A DNA stretch of 64,000 bases from Desulfosoma sp. (GCA_037481835.1 JBBFKW010000010.1:108234-172233), one strand, 5' to 3'; numbered from the stretch's first letter, positions 34,904 to 43,409 are shown. Translations and numbers: made by a program. Notes: generated from the sequence alone by a model not told the origin.

Positions 34904-35653
34904 TTACAAAGGACAAGCGGCCACGCAGGCAACACACGTGTACATGGAATGGTCGTCCACTGCCGCCACGTGATTGACCAGTTCCAAGTCGCTTTCCTTG
35001 ACCTCGCCGCTCTTCATCAGGTGGGAAAACAGGGGACTGCGCATGGAATGGCGCGTGCATTTCAACCGATCCACCCTCCCGTCGGAATCGATGGCCTGAA
35101 CGGGGCAGGCTTCCCGGCATGCATGGCAATGGCCGGGACATCCGGCTTCTTCCTCGCCGTGGGGGCGCACCTGAGGCAAGGAGGCCGTCGTGACGATCCC
35201 GCCGAGGAGCAGGCGCGATCCGGCCCGAGCGCTGATGAGCAGCCCGTTTTTACCCCTTTTTCCAAGCCCCGAAAGTTCAGCCATTCTCACGAGGTTGCAG
35301 TACCCGTACAAGTCCCCTTTCCCTCTGACCACGTAGGGAAAACAGCCGAAAACGGGCACCGCCGATGCTCCCGCCTGCTCCAAAAGCGCAGCGCATCGGA
35401 CCAACACGGCGTCGAGATACCGGTAGGTCACATTGGCCGTTCGCCAATAGGACGGCTCGGAGCGCACGCCGCATTGAAACACGCCTTTGGGCACCGGAAG
35501 ACCCAGGCACATGACGCTTTGAGCCCCGGGAAGAAGATCGGACGGCCGATGCCCTGTGGGTTCGTCTTCCAAGGGTGTGGAAGAAGCCGTCCCGTAGGAA
35601 AAGAGTCCCGACCGGTCCAGAAAATCGCCGATTTTCTCCATCACGTCGCCCAT
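34904..35653 (-). CDS. Epoxyqueuosine-reductase-like 4Fe-4S protein
   Basis: PSDLLPGAQSV, AELSGLG..GKNGLL, CHACREACP, CVACVAACP. Confidence 0.8.
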   Translation of the reverse strand: MGDVMEKIGDFLDRSGLFSYGTASSTPLEDEPTGHRPSDLLPGAQSVMCLGLPVPKGVFQCGVRSEPSYWRTANVTYRYLDAVLVRCAALLEQAGASAVPVFGCFPYVVRGKGDLYGYCNLVRMAELSGLGKRGKNGLLISARAGSRLLLGGIVTTASLPQVRPHGEEEAGCPGHCHACREACPVQAIDSDGRVDRLKCTRHSMRSPLFSHLMKSGEVKESDLELVNHVAAVDDHSMYTCVACVAACPL

Positions 35654-35721
35654 CCCTTCCCCCCTCTTTCCCGTTGTGCACTTCCGCGACCGGAGAGACC
35701 GGACGAACACTTTTCACAGAA

Positions 35722-35741
35722 ATTTTCGACATGTCAACTAT
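35722..35741 (-). promoter_or_regulatory. TTGACA -35 element overlapped by an imperfect palindrome (candidate MarR operator)
   Basis: Minus strand ATAGTTGACATGTCGAAAAT, core GACATGTC, upstream of the operon containing marR. Confidence 0.35.
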
Positions 35742-35950
35742 ATTTCGACCGTTCATCCCTTGCAGGCGGCTCCATTCTTCGATCATGAGCCGGATTCAAA
35801 GACGGAACGCCCGGACGAGTGGTGAGCGGGAGGATGAAGAGGCCGGAGCCCCGCCGCCCGCTTGTGGAACCGGGCGGCATTTCTTTCCGGCACTTCTTTC
35901 AAAGGCGTCGAGAAGCTTCAAAGGACAGGGCGCATCTTGTGGAGCTGCCC

Positions 35951-37018
35951 TTACCCCAATGCGATGGCTTTTTCGGGGCACATCTCCTGGCAGCAGAAGC
36001 ACGTGATGCACACTGCCGGGTCCACTTGGGGCAGGTTTTCGGGCATGGAAAGAGCCGAGACGGGGCAGTGCTCCACGCAGGTGCCGCAGGCCGTGCACAG
36101 ATCCGGATCCACCTTGGGCCGAAGCGACATTTTGGCCTCGAAGAGCTGCTGAATCTGCTGGTTGTTCATGTTGGCTTCGCCGCTCAAAGGTGGAAGTTTA
36201 TAGTTTTCCAGCCGTATCAGATCCCCCAGGATCCTGATCCGGCCGAGGTCATAGTCCCCGAGCCCCAGTTTCTTGGCCTGCTGCAAAAACCCAAGGGATG
36301 CGGGGGCACAGCCCATCATGTGGGCGATCACGGCGTCCACAGCCACGGCGTTATCTCCCGCCAGCAGGAGGCCCACGTGGCGAAGCTCCGGGGAAGCCGG
36401 ACCGTTCCCTTCCATGCCCGTGACGGCGTCCACGATGAAAAGATCCGGCACTCGAAGGCGGAAGATGTCCACCAGAAGCTCATGGAATCTCTGGGGTGTT
36501 CCGGCCGCCTTGTGAAGCCGGGCTTTCTGCGCTCCGGGCAAGATCCCGTAGGAATTCTTCACGGCCCCGGTGATGACGGTGAGGCCGTGGGTCTTGAATT
36601 TGGGCAGGCTGATGACAACGTCCGCCCTCAAGACGATGGTCGACACACTTACGGTTTCCATGAAATCCGGGTTGAAGGGCACCCGGGTGGAATCGAGCCC
36701 GATGTTGGCATAATAGCCCTTGGCCGCGTCCATGAGGCCCGTTTCCCGAAACACCCTTTCATTGGCCCCATAATCGAAAGCCCCGGGGTTGTCGCCGACG
36801 ACGATCCTGGCCGGCCGTTCCCGTTCCACCCGATCCACTACGGCGCGAAGCACCGCCGGGTGCGTCACGATCCCCTCCTCGGGTTTGGACGCTCGAAGCG
36901 CATTGGGCTTGATAAAAACCATTTTGCCGGTGAGCTCCACCGGAAAGATCTGGAAGACCTTCTCCACCGCGGCCGCCACATCGGTGTAGTTTGTGCGCTC
37001 GATCAGTACCGTCGCCAT
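35951..37018 (-). CDS. DUF362 domain protein with C-terminal 2x4Fe-4S ferredoxin
   Basis: IKPN, THP, LPKFKTH, GAVKN, GMEGNGP, CTACGTC / CITCFCCQEMCP. Confidence 0.9.
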   Translation of the reverse strand: MATVLIERTNYTDVAAAVEKVFQIFPVELTGKMVFIKPNALRASKPEEGIVTHPAVLRAVVDRVERERPARIVVGDNPGAFDYGANERVFRETGLMDAAKGYYANIGLDSTRVPFNPDFMETVSVSTIVLRADVVISLPKFKTHGLTVITGAVKNSYGILPGAQKARLHKAAGTPQRFHELLVDIFRLRVPDLFIVDAVTGMEGNGPASPELRHVGLLLAGDNAVAVDAVIAHMMGCAPASLGFLQQAKKLGLGDYDLGRIRILGDLIRLENYKLPPLSGEANMNNQQIQQLFEAKMSLRPKVDPDLCTACGTCVEHCPVSALSMPENLPQVDPAVCITCFCCQEMCPEKAIALG

Positions 37019-37166
37019 GTTTCCCTCCTAAGATTGTGAACCGTTGGGATTCCTCTCCGGTCCGAAGGGGTTCACCCCTTGAAGGATCACCCCCGGGGTT
37101 TTCGGGATCGGAACATCCCGAAGGCCACGTCCGCCTCTGTTCTGGCAGGAGCCCCCAGGCGTCCCT

Positions 37167-37357
37167 TCAAAATCGCGCATCAACATGCTCTCCGGCATAA
37201 GCGGGCGTGGGAGTCTTGGTCATGGTCAAAGGCGTTTCAGTTCCCCCGGGATTTCCTCGATAACCGCCTGGACGCCCCTTTCTTGGTCGGCCGCCAAGCC
37301 GTAGAGAATGGGTCTTCCCAAGCTCACCGGTCGGGCGCCGAAGGCCGGCCCTTTCAA
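37167..37357 (-). pseudogene. 3' remnant of an FMN-dependent alpha-hydroxy-acid oxidase/dehydrogenase
   Basis: Reads LKGPAFGARPVSLGRPILYGLAADQERGVQAVIEEIPGELKRL, then a frameshift (MTKTP); resembles the family motif KALALGA.AV..GRP.LYGLA. Confidence 0.6.
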
Positions 37358-37545
37358 CCGCGGCCATCAACCTGGCGCCACCGCCTGCCGATTCACCTTC
37401 GCCCGCTTGTGTTTGCGCCGATCCCCCAAGGGATACATTCCGGACTCCTTCTTTTCCTTCAAGAGAGTGCGGCCGCCTTCCGAAAACACAAAAAAGGAAG
37501 GAAATCCTTTTTTCCGAAACGTCATGGAAGACAGGAGAAGAGATC

Positions 37546-38400
37546 ATGTTTGCCGCACAAAACCTTGGCACCTTCTACAGTGCCGAAAAGTTTTCCACTT
37601 GGCAACACTTCATGGGGAGCGCCGGCGTGGATTCCATCCAGAACCGGGTTGCGGGAAGCGGGCGGACCTTGCCGGTGGAAAATTCCCAGGGGGACTTGTT
37701 AAGCCTTTCTCCGGCCCTGCAGGCCCTATCCCGGTCCGGCGTCAGGCTGGATGAAAGCTGGGTGATGGAAAAGGCCCAGGCCCTTTCCTTTTCCTTGCGG
37801 CTGGAAGAGCAGTCGCTTCGGGAAGTGAAAGCCGACGGCCGGTGGAATCTTGAGGCCCAATCGCTTGCCGTGGACTTTTCCTTCCAGGCCGCCGTGTCGT
37901 TTGCCGACGAGGAGACGGGTGAGAGCGTCCAGCGCCTGGTGCAGTTCGACTTCCACCTGGAGGCGTCCCGGGTTTCCCTGGAACAGGGAGTGCCGGCCGG
38001 GGAGGCGACCCGCGATATCTTGGACGTGGCCCGAAACGTCATGAAAAAGGCGTTCAGCGGTCGCGGGCGGGGCGCTGAGAAAGGGGGGAGAGCCATGGGC
38101 CTGGAGGACCTGGAGTCCCACTTGAATCCCAAGAAGCTTCTCAAGGCTGTAGCGTCCCTCGTTCACGAGATGCAAAAGATGTTGCGGAACGGGTCGTCCG
38201 ATGTGTGGCGCGGCCCGCACGGGGCCGAGGGGGGCTCCGGCCCGGATGATCGAGTCGGCGATCCCCTTTTCCAGGCGGAGATCACCTCCTTCCAGATGTC
38301 CTATCACTATGTGTCCCAACAGCGTCTGGAAATGGGAAGCGGGGCGGCCTCATCCGAAGGAGCCACCGTGGAAGCGGCCGAGGAGACCGCTGCCGCCTGA
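37546..38400 (+). CDS. Hypothetical protein
   Basis: 284-aa ORF with RBS AGGAG, followed by a GC hairpin; no recognised motif. Confidence 0.7.
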   Translation: MFAAQNLGTFYSAEKFSTWQHFMGSAGVDSIQNRVAGSGRTLPVENSQGDLLSLSPALQALSRSGVRLDESWVMEKAQALSFSLRLEEQSLREVKADGRWNLEAQSLAVDFSFQAAVSFADEETGESVQRLVQFDFHLEASRVSLEQGVPAGEATRDILDVARNVMKKAFSGRGRGAEKGGRAMGLEDLESHLNPKKLLKAVASLVHEMQKMLRNGSSDVWRGPHGAEGGSGPDDRVGDPLFQAEITSFQMSYHYVSQQRLEMGSGAASSEGATVEAAEETAAA

Positions 38401-38434
38401 TCCCCCGCTCGCAAAGGATTTCCCGAGCGAATGA

Positions 38435-38476
38435 CCCGCCCGGGGCGAATCCCCGGGCGGGCCATCCGCATTTTTT
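38435..38476 (+). terminator. GC-rich hairpin, possible terminator
   Basis: CCCGCCCGGGG-CGAAT-CCCCGGGCGGG; T-run about 9 nt downstream. Confidence 0.45.
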
Positions 38477-38508
38477 GGCCTCTTTCATATCGCTCACGTT
38501 TCTTTCAT

Positions 38509-38586
38509 GTCCTGAAATCCAGCTTCGACCTGGGCTACCATCTGAAGCACATGGACACCCTCTCCCGGCGGGTCTTCGCCGAGTGA
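38509..38586 (+). pseudogene. purB: Isolated 3' end of adenylosuccinate lyase
   Basis: VLKSSFDLGYHLKHMDTLSRRVFAE*, resembling the PurB C-terminal FDL.YHLKHVDTIF.RVF. Confidence 0.6.
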
Positions 38587-38618
38587 GTTTATTTGGCTTT
38601 CGGTCGCGCTCCGGCGGA

Positions 38619-39073
38619 ATAGGGGTAGAAACGGTGTATTGCTTTGCCCAGTCCCTCTCCCCTCTGAACCGTGCGTGCGGATCTCCCGCGCACGGCCCTC
38701 CCCTCGGGGGAATACCGAGCGGCCTCTTGGCCTTGGAACCCGGCTTGTCCAGGAGACCCGTCGGGTCGGCCTTGGACGGTACCTGCCCTCCTGCAGTTCC
38801 TGATGCAGTCGGGTGAGGTTGCCATCGAGGGTGCGCTCAAATTTTCGAGGGTCTCCAGTATGCCCTCCGTCCACACGTAACGTTCCACCCACGTCCAGTC
38901 TCTGGGCCGGGTTTCTCCCTTTTGTTCAGCCTTCTCAGACACCGCCGCGGGTTTCCTTTCGCTCCGCGTGGGCTTTGCCCATCCACCTTCCTGCGTCCCT
39001 TCGCTCCACGGGCATTACCCCGCTTCCTCGCTCCTACGAACGCTCTGACTCCTGCCCCGCTGGCTCTCCACAC
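38619..39073 (-). mobile_element. Group II intron remnant: DIII-like RNA, deleted RT fragment, DV and DVI
   Basis: Minus strand GGAGTCAGAGCGTTCGTAGGAGCGAGGAAGCGGGGTAATGCCCGTGGAGCGAAGGG; RT N-terminal pieces WTWVERYVWTEG and FERTLDGNLTRLHQELQEGRYRPRPTRRV; DV GGCCGTGCGCGGGAGATCCGCACGCACGGTTC; 3' end CTACCCCTAT. Confidence 0.85.
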
Positions 39074-39102
39074 CCAGCAGGGGGGCGAGGGCCTCGCACC
39101 GA

Positions 39103-40068
39103 GCGGCCGAAGAAGAACAGCTCAGGCTGGAAAGCGCCGAAAACCTGGTGCAGGTGGTGACCATCCACCCGAGCAAGGGCCTGGAATACCCGTTGGTCTT
39201 CCTGCCGTTTCCCTGGTCGGGAGGCTCTTCCGGGGACGGGGACGCGGTGGAGGTTTCACGACCCCGAAGACCTCAAGCTCTGCGTGGACCTGGCATCCGA
39301 TGATCTCGAGGACCGCCGGGCGTTGCAGGAAAGGGAGGACCTGGCCGAGCGGATGCGCCTCCTGCACGTGGCCCTCACCCGCGCCAAGCACCTGTGCGTC
39401 ACCACCTGGGGAAAAATCTATGAAGCGTCCCGGTCCGCCATGGCCCGGCTGCTCTTTCCGGATCCGGATTTCCCCGGGGACCGCGCCCGGGCGAATGTTT
39501 GATGGAACGGGTCCTGGACACCCCGCTCAACGCGGACGGCCTGAATCTTCGAGGAATCGAAAGCCGGAACCGACTGGACGAACTGGAATTCCACTACTCC
39601 CTCGGGCTTCTCACGCCCGATTCCCTGGCGGAAGCCGTCCGGGGTGAAGCGTTCTACGAAAGATCCTTGGAAGGGCTCGGCTTCGGACACCTGCGGGGGC
39701 TCATGCGAGGCTTCATCGACCTGGCCTTTCAATCCGACGACCGCGACTACATCGCCGACTACAAATCGAACCACCTGGGAAACCGCGTGGAAGACTATGC
39801 CGCGGACGCCCTGGGACGGGCCATGCACGCCCACCGCTACCCGCTCCAGGCGCTCGTCTACACCGTGGCCCTCCACCGGTATCTGCGGGCTCGGCTTCCC
39901 GGCTACGACTACGAGCGCCACTTCGGCGGCGTCTTCTACCTCTTCCTTCGCGGCATGCGCCCCGAAACCGGCCCCGCCTCCGGCGCCTTCTTCACCAAGC
40001 CGCGCCGCGACCTGGTGCAACGCCTCGACGAGACCTCGAAGGGCTCGCCCCACGCCGCGCCGGGATAG
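39103..40068 (+). pseudogene. recB: RecB remnant (helicase motifs V/VI plus nuclease domain; frameshift, stop and internal deletion)
   Basis: EQLRLESAENLVQVVTIHPSKGLEYP; ERMRLLHVALTRA; GFIDL...IADYKSNHLG; HRYPLQ; FGGVFYLFLRG. Confidence 0.85.
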
Positions 40069-40232
40069 AAAACGCAGGCGCCACCTGCCCCGGGAAACCC
40101 TGTCCGGCTATCGTTTCATCCACTGTTGGTGGAAGGGACCGCGAGGCGGCATTGAAGGTAGGAGGTCAGGTTCGCTCGCCTTCAGAATCCGCAAGCGCTT
40201 TTCCCCGCGGCGCCCTACTGTCTCCTGAATGC

Positions 40233-40309
<77 letters not shown>

Positions 40310-40331
40310 AGCCCGTTTTTGGCACGTAAAC

Positions 40332-40574
40332 CTACGCCACCTGAAAAGATTGACCAAGCGGCTGAAACTCGGCCACTTCTTGCCTCTCCAGTTTCTGTCG
40401 AATTTGCTCAAAGCGCCTGACTGTCTCAGCAGAATACAACCGTTCACCACAGCGCAAACACACCTCAGCACGCACCGTAATCACCGCTGTATGGACACCA
40501 CCTTTGAGCAGTTTTTCTACGTGCTTTTCGACCAACTCGCCACCACAGACAGGACACTTTTCAAAAGGTCTCAT
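40332..40574 (-). CDS. YgiT/MqsA-type zinc-finger protein (cassette 2, putative antitoxin)
   Basis: CPVCGG...AEVCLRCGERLY; ATGA-coupled to the DUF4258-like gene. Confidence 0.85.
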   Translation of the reverse strand: MRPFEKCPVCGGELVEKHVEKLLKGGVHTAVITVRAEVCLRCGERLYSAETVRRFEQIRQKLERQEVAEFQPLGQSFQVA

Positions 40575-40885
40575 CTCTTTCTCCTGATGCGCCAGTCAAT
40601 CCATCGATTGGGGTCAGGTCGGTACACAGTGACCAGCACAGCCCATTCTGTTTCGGAATTGTAAGCCCAAACACTGTGGATCGGCTCTCCAGCAAAATTG
40701 TCACCATAGATCAGGCAACTCGGATAAGGCTTGTCAGACGGATAATCTTCAATGATCTCGCCGCGTAGGACGCTGAAGAAGATTTCATCGAAGGATAGAT
40801 GGTCTGCTTGTGCTTCTTCGTCGGCGTGGTCACTGATGCGAATACGGTTATGACGGATAGCCTCAATTATGTTTTCCATGTCCAC
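40571..40885 (-). CDS. DUF4258-like protein (cassette 2, putative RelE-like toxin)
   Basis: SDHADEE, GEIIEDYPSDKPYPSCLIYG, PIHSV, VTVYRPDPNRW. Confidence 0.85.
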   Translation of the reverse strand: MDMENIIEAIRHNRIRISDHADEEAQADHLSFDEIFFSVLRGEIIEDYPSDKPYPSCLIYGDNFAGEPIHSVWAYNSETEWAVLVTVYRPDPNRWIDWRIRRKR

Positions 40886-40950
40886 GTGTAACTCTTGCTG
40901 AACAGATTTGGTCTCTATTGTATCCCGACATGGTAGAGAAGCACAGGGCT

Positions 40951-41019
40951 GGCTAACGATTGAGCTCACCTGCGAGTGGCGCGTCAGCGCCACGAGTCAG
41001 GTGTAGCGATTTGTTAGGG
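40951..41019 (-). other. Integron attC site (proximal, 69 bp)
   Basis: Minus strand R'' CCCTAAC (contains the cassette 1 stop codon), GCTACACC / GGTGAGC, R' GTTAGCC. Confidence 0.9.
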
Positions 41020-41721
41020 CGCGTTGTCATCGGGTTTCTGTGCTGAGCTAAGCTGTTCGGGCTCTTCTTCGCGCTCTTTGCGGTAGCGCTCGCGGTCCTT
41101 ACTCGTGAAGACGTCTACTTTTAGCTTTTGGAATCCCGTTGCGACCTTGTGAAGGTCACCTTGCAGTTTCTCGATGTTCTTGGCGATCTTCAGCAGAGGG
41201 GGCTCGCCGATGCGCTGCACTCCCTTCAATTCGGAGAGATCGATAACATGCTGTCGTTCTTTTGTCTGTCCGGACGCGCTTCTATAGCGGCTTCTGATGG
41301 TCACCTGGGTCTGGAGCTTCTCTTCAAAATGTTCATTCATGGAAGTCCAGAAGGAAAAGAACTCTTGTCCTGGGCCGAGAAAAGCTATCCCGGTGCTCAG
41401 CCCCTTGATGTTGCCCAAACTGTCGATAAGGTCACTGCTGCCTTTGCTGGTCGTATTTGCAGACCACGTGAACGTTAGATCGTACGCGGGACCAGCACCG
41501 ATGTTCTTTACGACTATATCAATCAGAGAAATCCATTCATCGCGCGGGCGATAAGAGACTTCAATGTGCGGCTCGGTTTCTGCTTCGCGGAGACGTTTCG
41601 TTTAGGACACGAGCCGGGCCGTGAGCCACGCATAAACGACCGTGGAAGCGGCCACGACGCCAGCAAAGAGAAGGTTGATAACCCCCGAATTCTGGTTGAG
41701 AAAATTGACGAGCTCGGTCAT
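41014..41721 (-). pseudogene. Cassette 1 ORF: single-TM hypothetical protein with one in-frame TAA at codon 40
   Basis: MTELVNFLNQNSGVINLLFAGVVAASTVVYAWLTARLVS*TKRLREAETEPHIEV..., continuing in frame into ORF 41014..41418. Confidence 0.8.
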
Positions 41722-41728
41722 GTGTGCG

Positions 41729-41760
41729 CCCTAACTGTTTATTCTACACAATCTCCCTTA
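41729..41760 (-). other. Predicted attI site (crossover at G/TTAGGG, 41735)
   Basis: Cassette 1 begins GTTAGGGCGC, the exact complement of its own R'' GCGCCCTAAC; no attC palindrome upstream; adjacent to divergent intI. Confidence 0.7.
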
Positions 41761-41906
41761 GCAAGATGGTTGTTATAGCCCATTTAACTAGTTACCCATC
41801 AAGCTTCTCCTTGTCAAAAAGAAAAATAAGAAAACTCGTTGGCCGGAACCCTAATCTCGGATAGGCTAACTAAGGCGGGACCGGTGTTATGGAGATTGTG
41901 TAGAAT
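41741..41906. repeat. Perfect 16-bp inverted repeat bracketing the attI-intI spacer
   Basis: ATTCTACACAATCTCC (41741-41756) and GGAGATTGTGTAGAAT (41891-41906). Confidence 0.9.
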
Positions 41907-41919
41907 CGCAAGGCTGAAT

Positions 41920-42630
41920 ATGGCCGCGATTGACACAAACTTGAAAGCCGTGCTGGAAGGATATGCTGACTTCCTGGGGGAAAAGAAGTTGGCCCCGCAC
42001 AAACATCAACCCCACCTGGTACGGTGGGTGCGGCAATTCCTGCTCTATGCCAGAGAGCACGGTGGCTACACTTTCGAGCAAACCTTGAACCTGTTCCTGA
42101 GCGCGCTGGGCAAACGTGCCGGCGTCGAGGCGTGGCAAATCCAGCAGGCTGCGGACGCCATTCGCATTTATCGGTATCAGTATCGCGGCGAAGGCGGGCC
42201 CAAAGAGGAGAAACTGAAAGACGACAGCGTTTCAGGGAGTGACGAGAGGTTGCTCGATCGGCTTCGCGAGGTTATTCGACTGCGCCACTATGCAAAGAGT
42301 ACGGAGAAATCCTACCTGCAGTGGACGCGGAGATTTCTCGCGTATCGCAAGCATGCCGGGCTTGCGGGCGAGCCCGCCGTCTCCGATGTGAAGGCGTTTC
42401 TCACCCGTCTGGCAATGGTTAAGAATGTAAGCGCATCGACACAGAATCAGGCGTTCAGAGCATTGCTTCTTTTTTTCAGGGAACTCTTGCGAAAGGACTT
42501 AAACGAAATGGGCCAGACCGTTGAAATCCAAGAACTCTTGGGCCACAAGAGCCTCGAGACGACGATGATCTATACGCACGTCGCACGAGAACTGAAGACA
42601 AACGCACGCAGTCCGCTTGACGATCTGTAA
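41920..42630 (+). pseudogene. intI: Integron integrase with N-terminal extension; catalytic core deleted in frame
   Basis: IRLRHYAKSTEKSYLQW, VSASTQNQA (IntI SAM domain) joined near 42522 directly to EIQELLGHKSLETTMIYTHV...RSPLD; the R, K and HxxR regions are absent. Confidence 0.9.
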
Positions 42631-43105
42631 GCGACGGCATCCCCGCCGCGGCCTGCCGCCGGAGACGAACATGGACACCGACGGGCCCGTCGCCTCCTCG
42701 ATCCGCATTGGGAAGCTCCATACCGCCGGGAAATCGTGGCGGACCGAACTCTAATTCAACGAGCAACGGCTGCTGGATGTGCTGATGTGAGCCGGAAGCG
42801 GGGGATATCCAGAAGCTGTCCGGCCATGGCTGATTTGCGCCGTTTAGCGCCCGTTCGTCCCTCTCCGTGAAGTCCGTCCGCGGGTTGGACGAGAGCGGAG
42901 GTCCAAAATTGTCAGCACCTGATGGTCTTCTGCTTACGCGGGAGTAGCAGTTGGGGGAGTTCCCAGAGAGCCTCCCAGGAATCCAAGGAGAAGAGCCTCC
43001 CGGGTCGCCGGTGTGGAATCGCACTGGGTTTGGGACGACCTCGTGCGCCGCCTGGGATTCATGGGCGGTTTCATCCGGCGGCGAAAGGAGCGAGGGAAAG
43101 GGGGC

Positions 43106-43125
43106 GGGCGAAGGACTTTTCGCCC
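43106..43125. repeat. Degenerate REP-like palindrome
   Basis: GGGCGAA-GGACTT-TTCGCCC. Confidence 0.4.
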
Positions 43126-43237
43126 CCGAAGGCAGAAGATCCGGGGATCCTTGAGGGCTAGGAGTTGGAAGGCTCTGCACAGTCCCGGAATGTGTAGGCA
43201 CACGTTCCGGCCTCCGTTTGCATGATGATTGATTAGC

Positions 43238-43262
43238 GGGCGGGGATAAACCCCGCCCCTAC
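43238..43262 (-). repeat. GTAG-type REP-like element
   Basis: Minus strand GTAG-GGGCGGGG-TTTAT-CCCCGCCC. Confidence 0.7.
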
Positions 43263-43284
43263 CCAAGGGGTCCGTCCCTTTTTG

Positions 43285-43409
43285 ATAGGCGTAGGAAGGG
43301 CTCGTTACCGAGTCCCTCCCCTCTCGGAACCGTACGTGCGGATCTCCCGCATACGGCTCTCCGGTCGGAGGACTTTCATCTCTATGATCGCGCCTGCTCC
43401 CAGGCGCAC
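43285..43409 (-). mobile_element. 125-nt group II intron relic: 5' end fused directly to DV-DVI
   Basis: Minus strand GTGCGCCTGGGAGCAGGCGCGATCATAGAGATGAAAGTCCTCC-GACCG-GAGAGCCGTATGCGGGAGATCCGCACGTACGGTTC-CGAGAGGGGAGGGACTCGGTAACGAGCCCTTCCTACGCCTAT. Confidence 0.85.

Noticed and set aside
41848..41870. Extra GTTAGCC core-like site in the attI-intI spacer
   Set aside because: No attC palindrome or cassette attached; cannot be distinguished from chance or an accessory binding site
42640..43100. Possible gene remnants downstream of intI (…FNEQRLLDVLM*; VESHWVWDDLVRR)
   Set aside because: Too short and degenerate to assign to a family by eye
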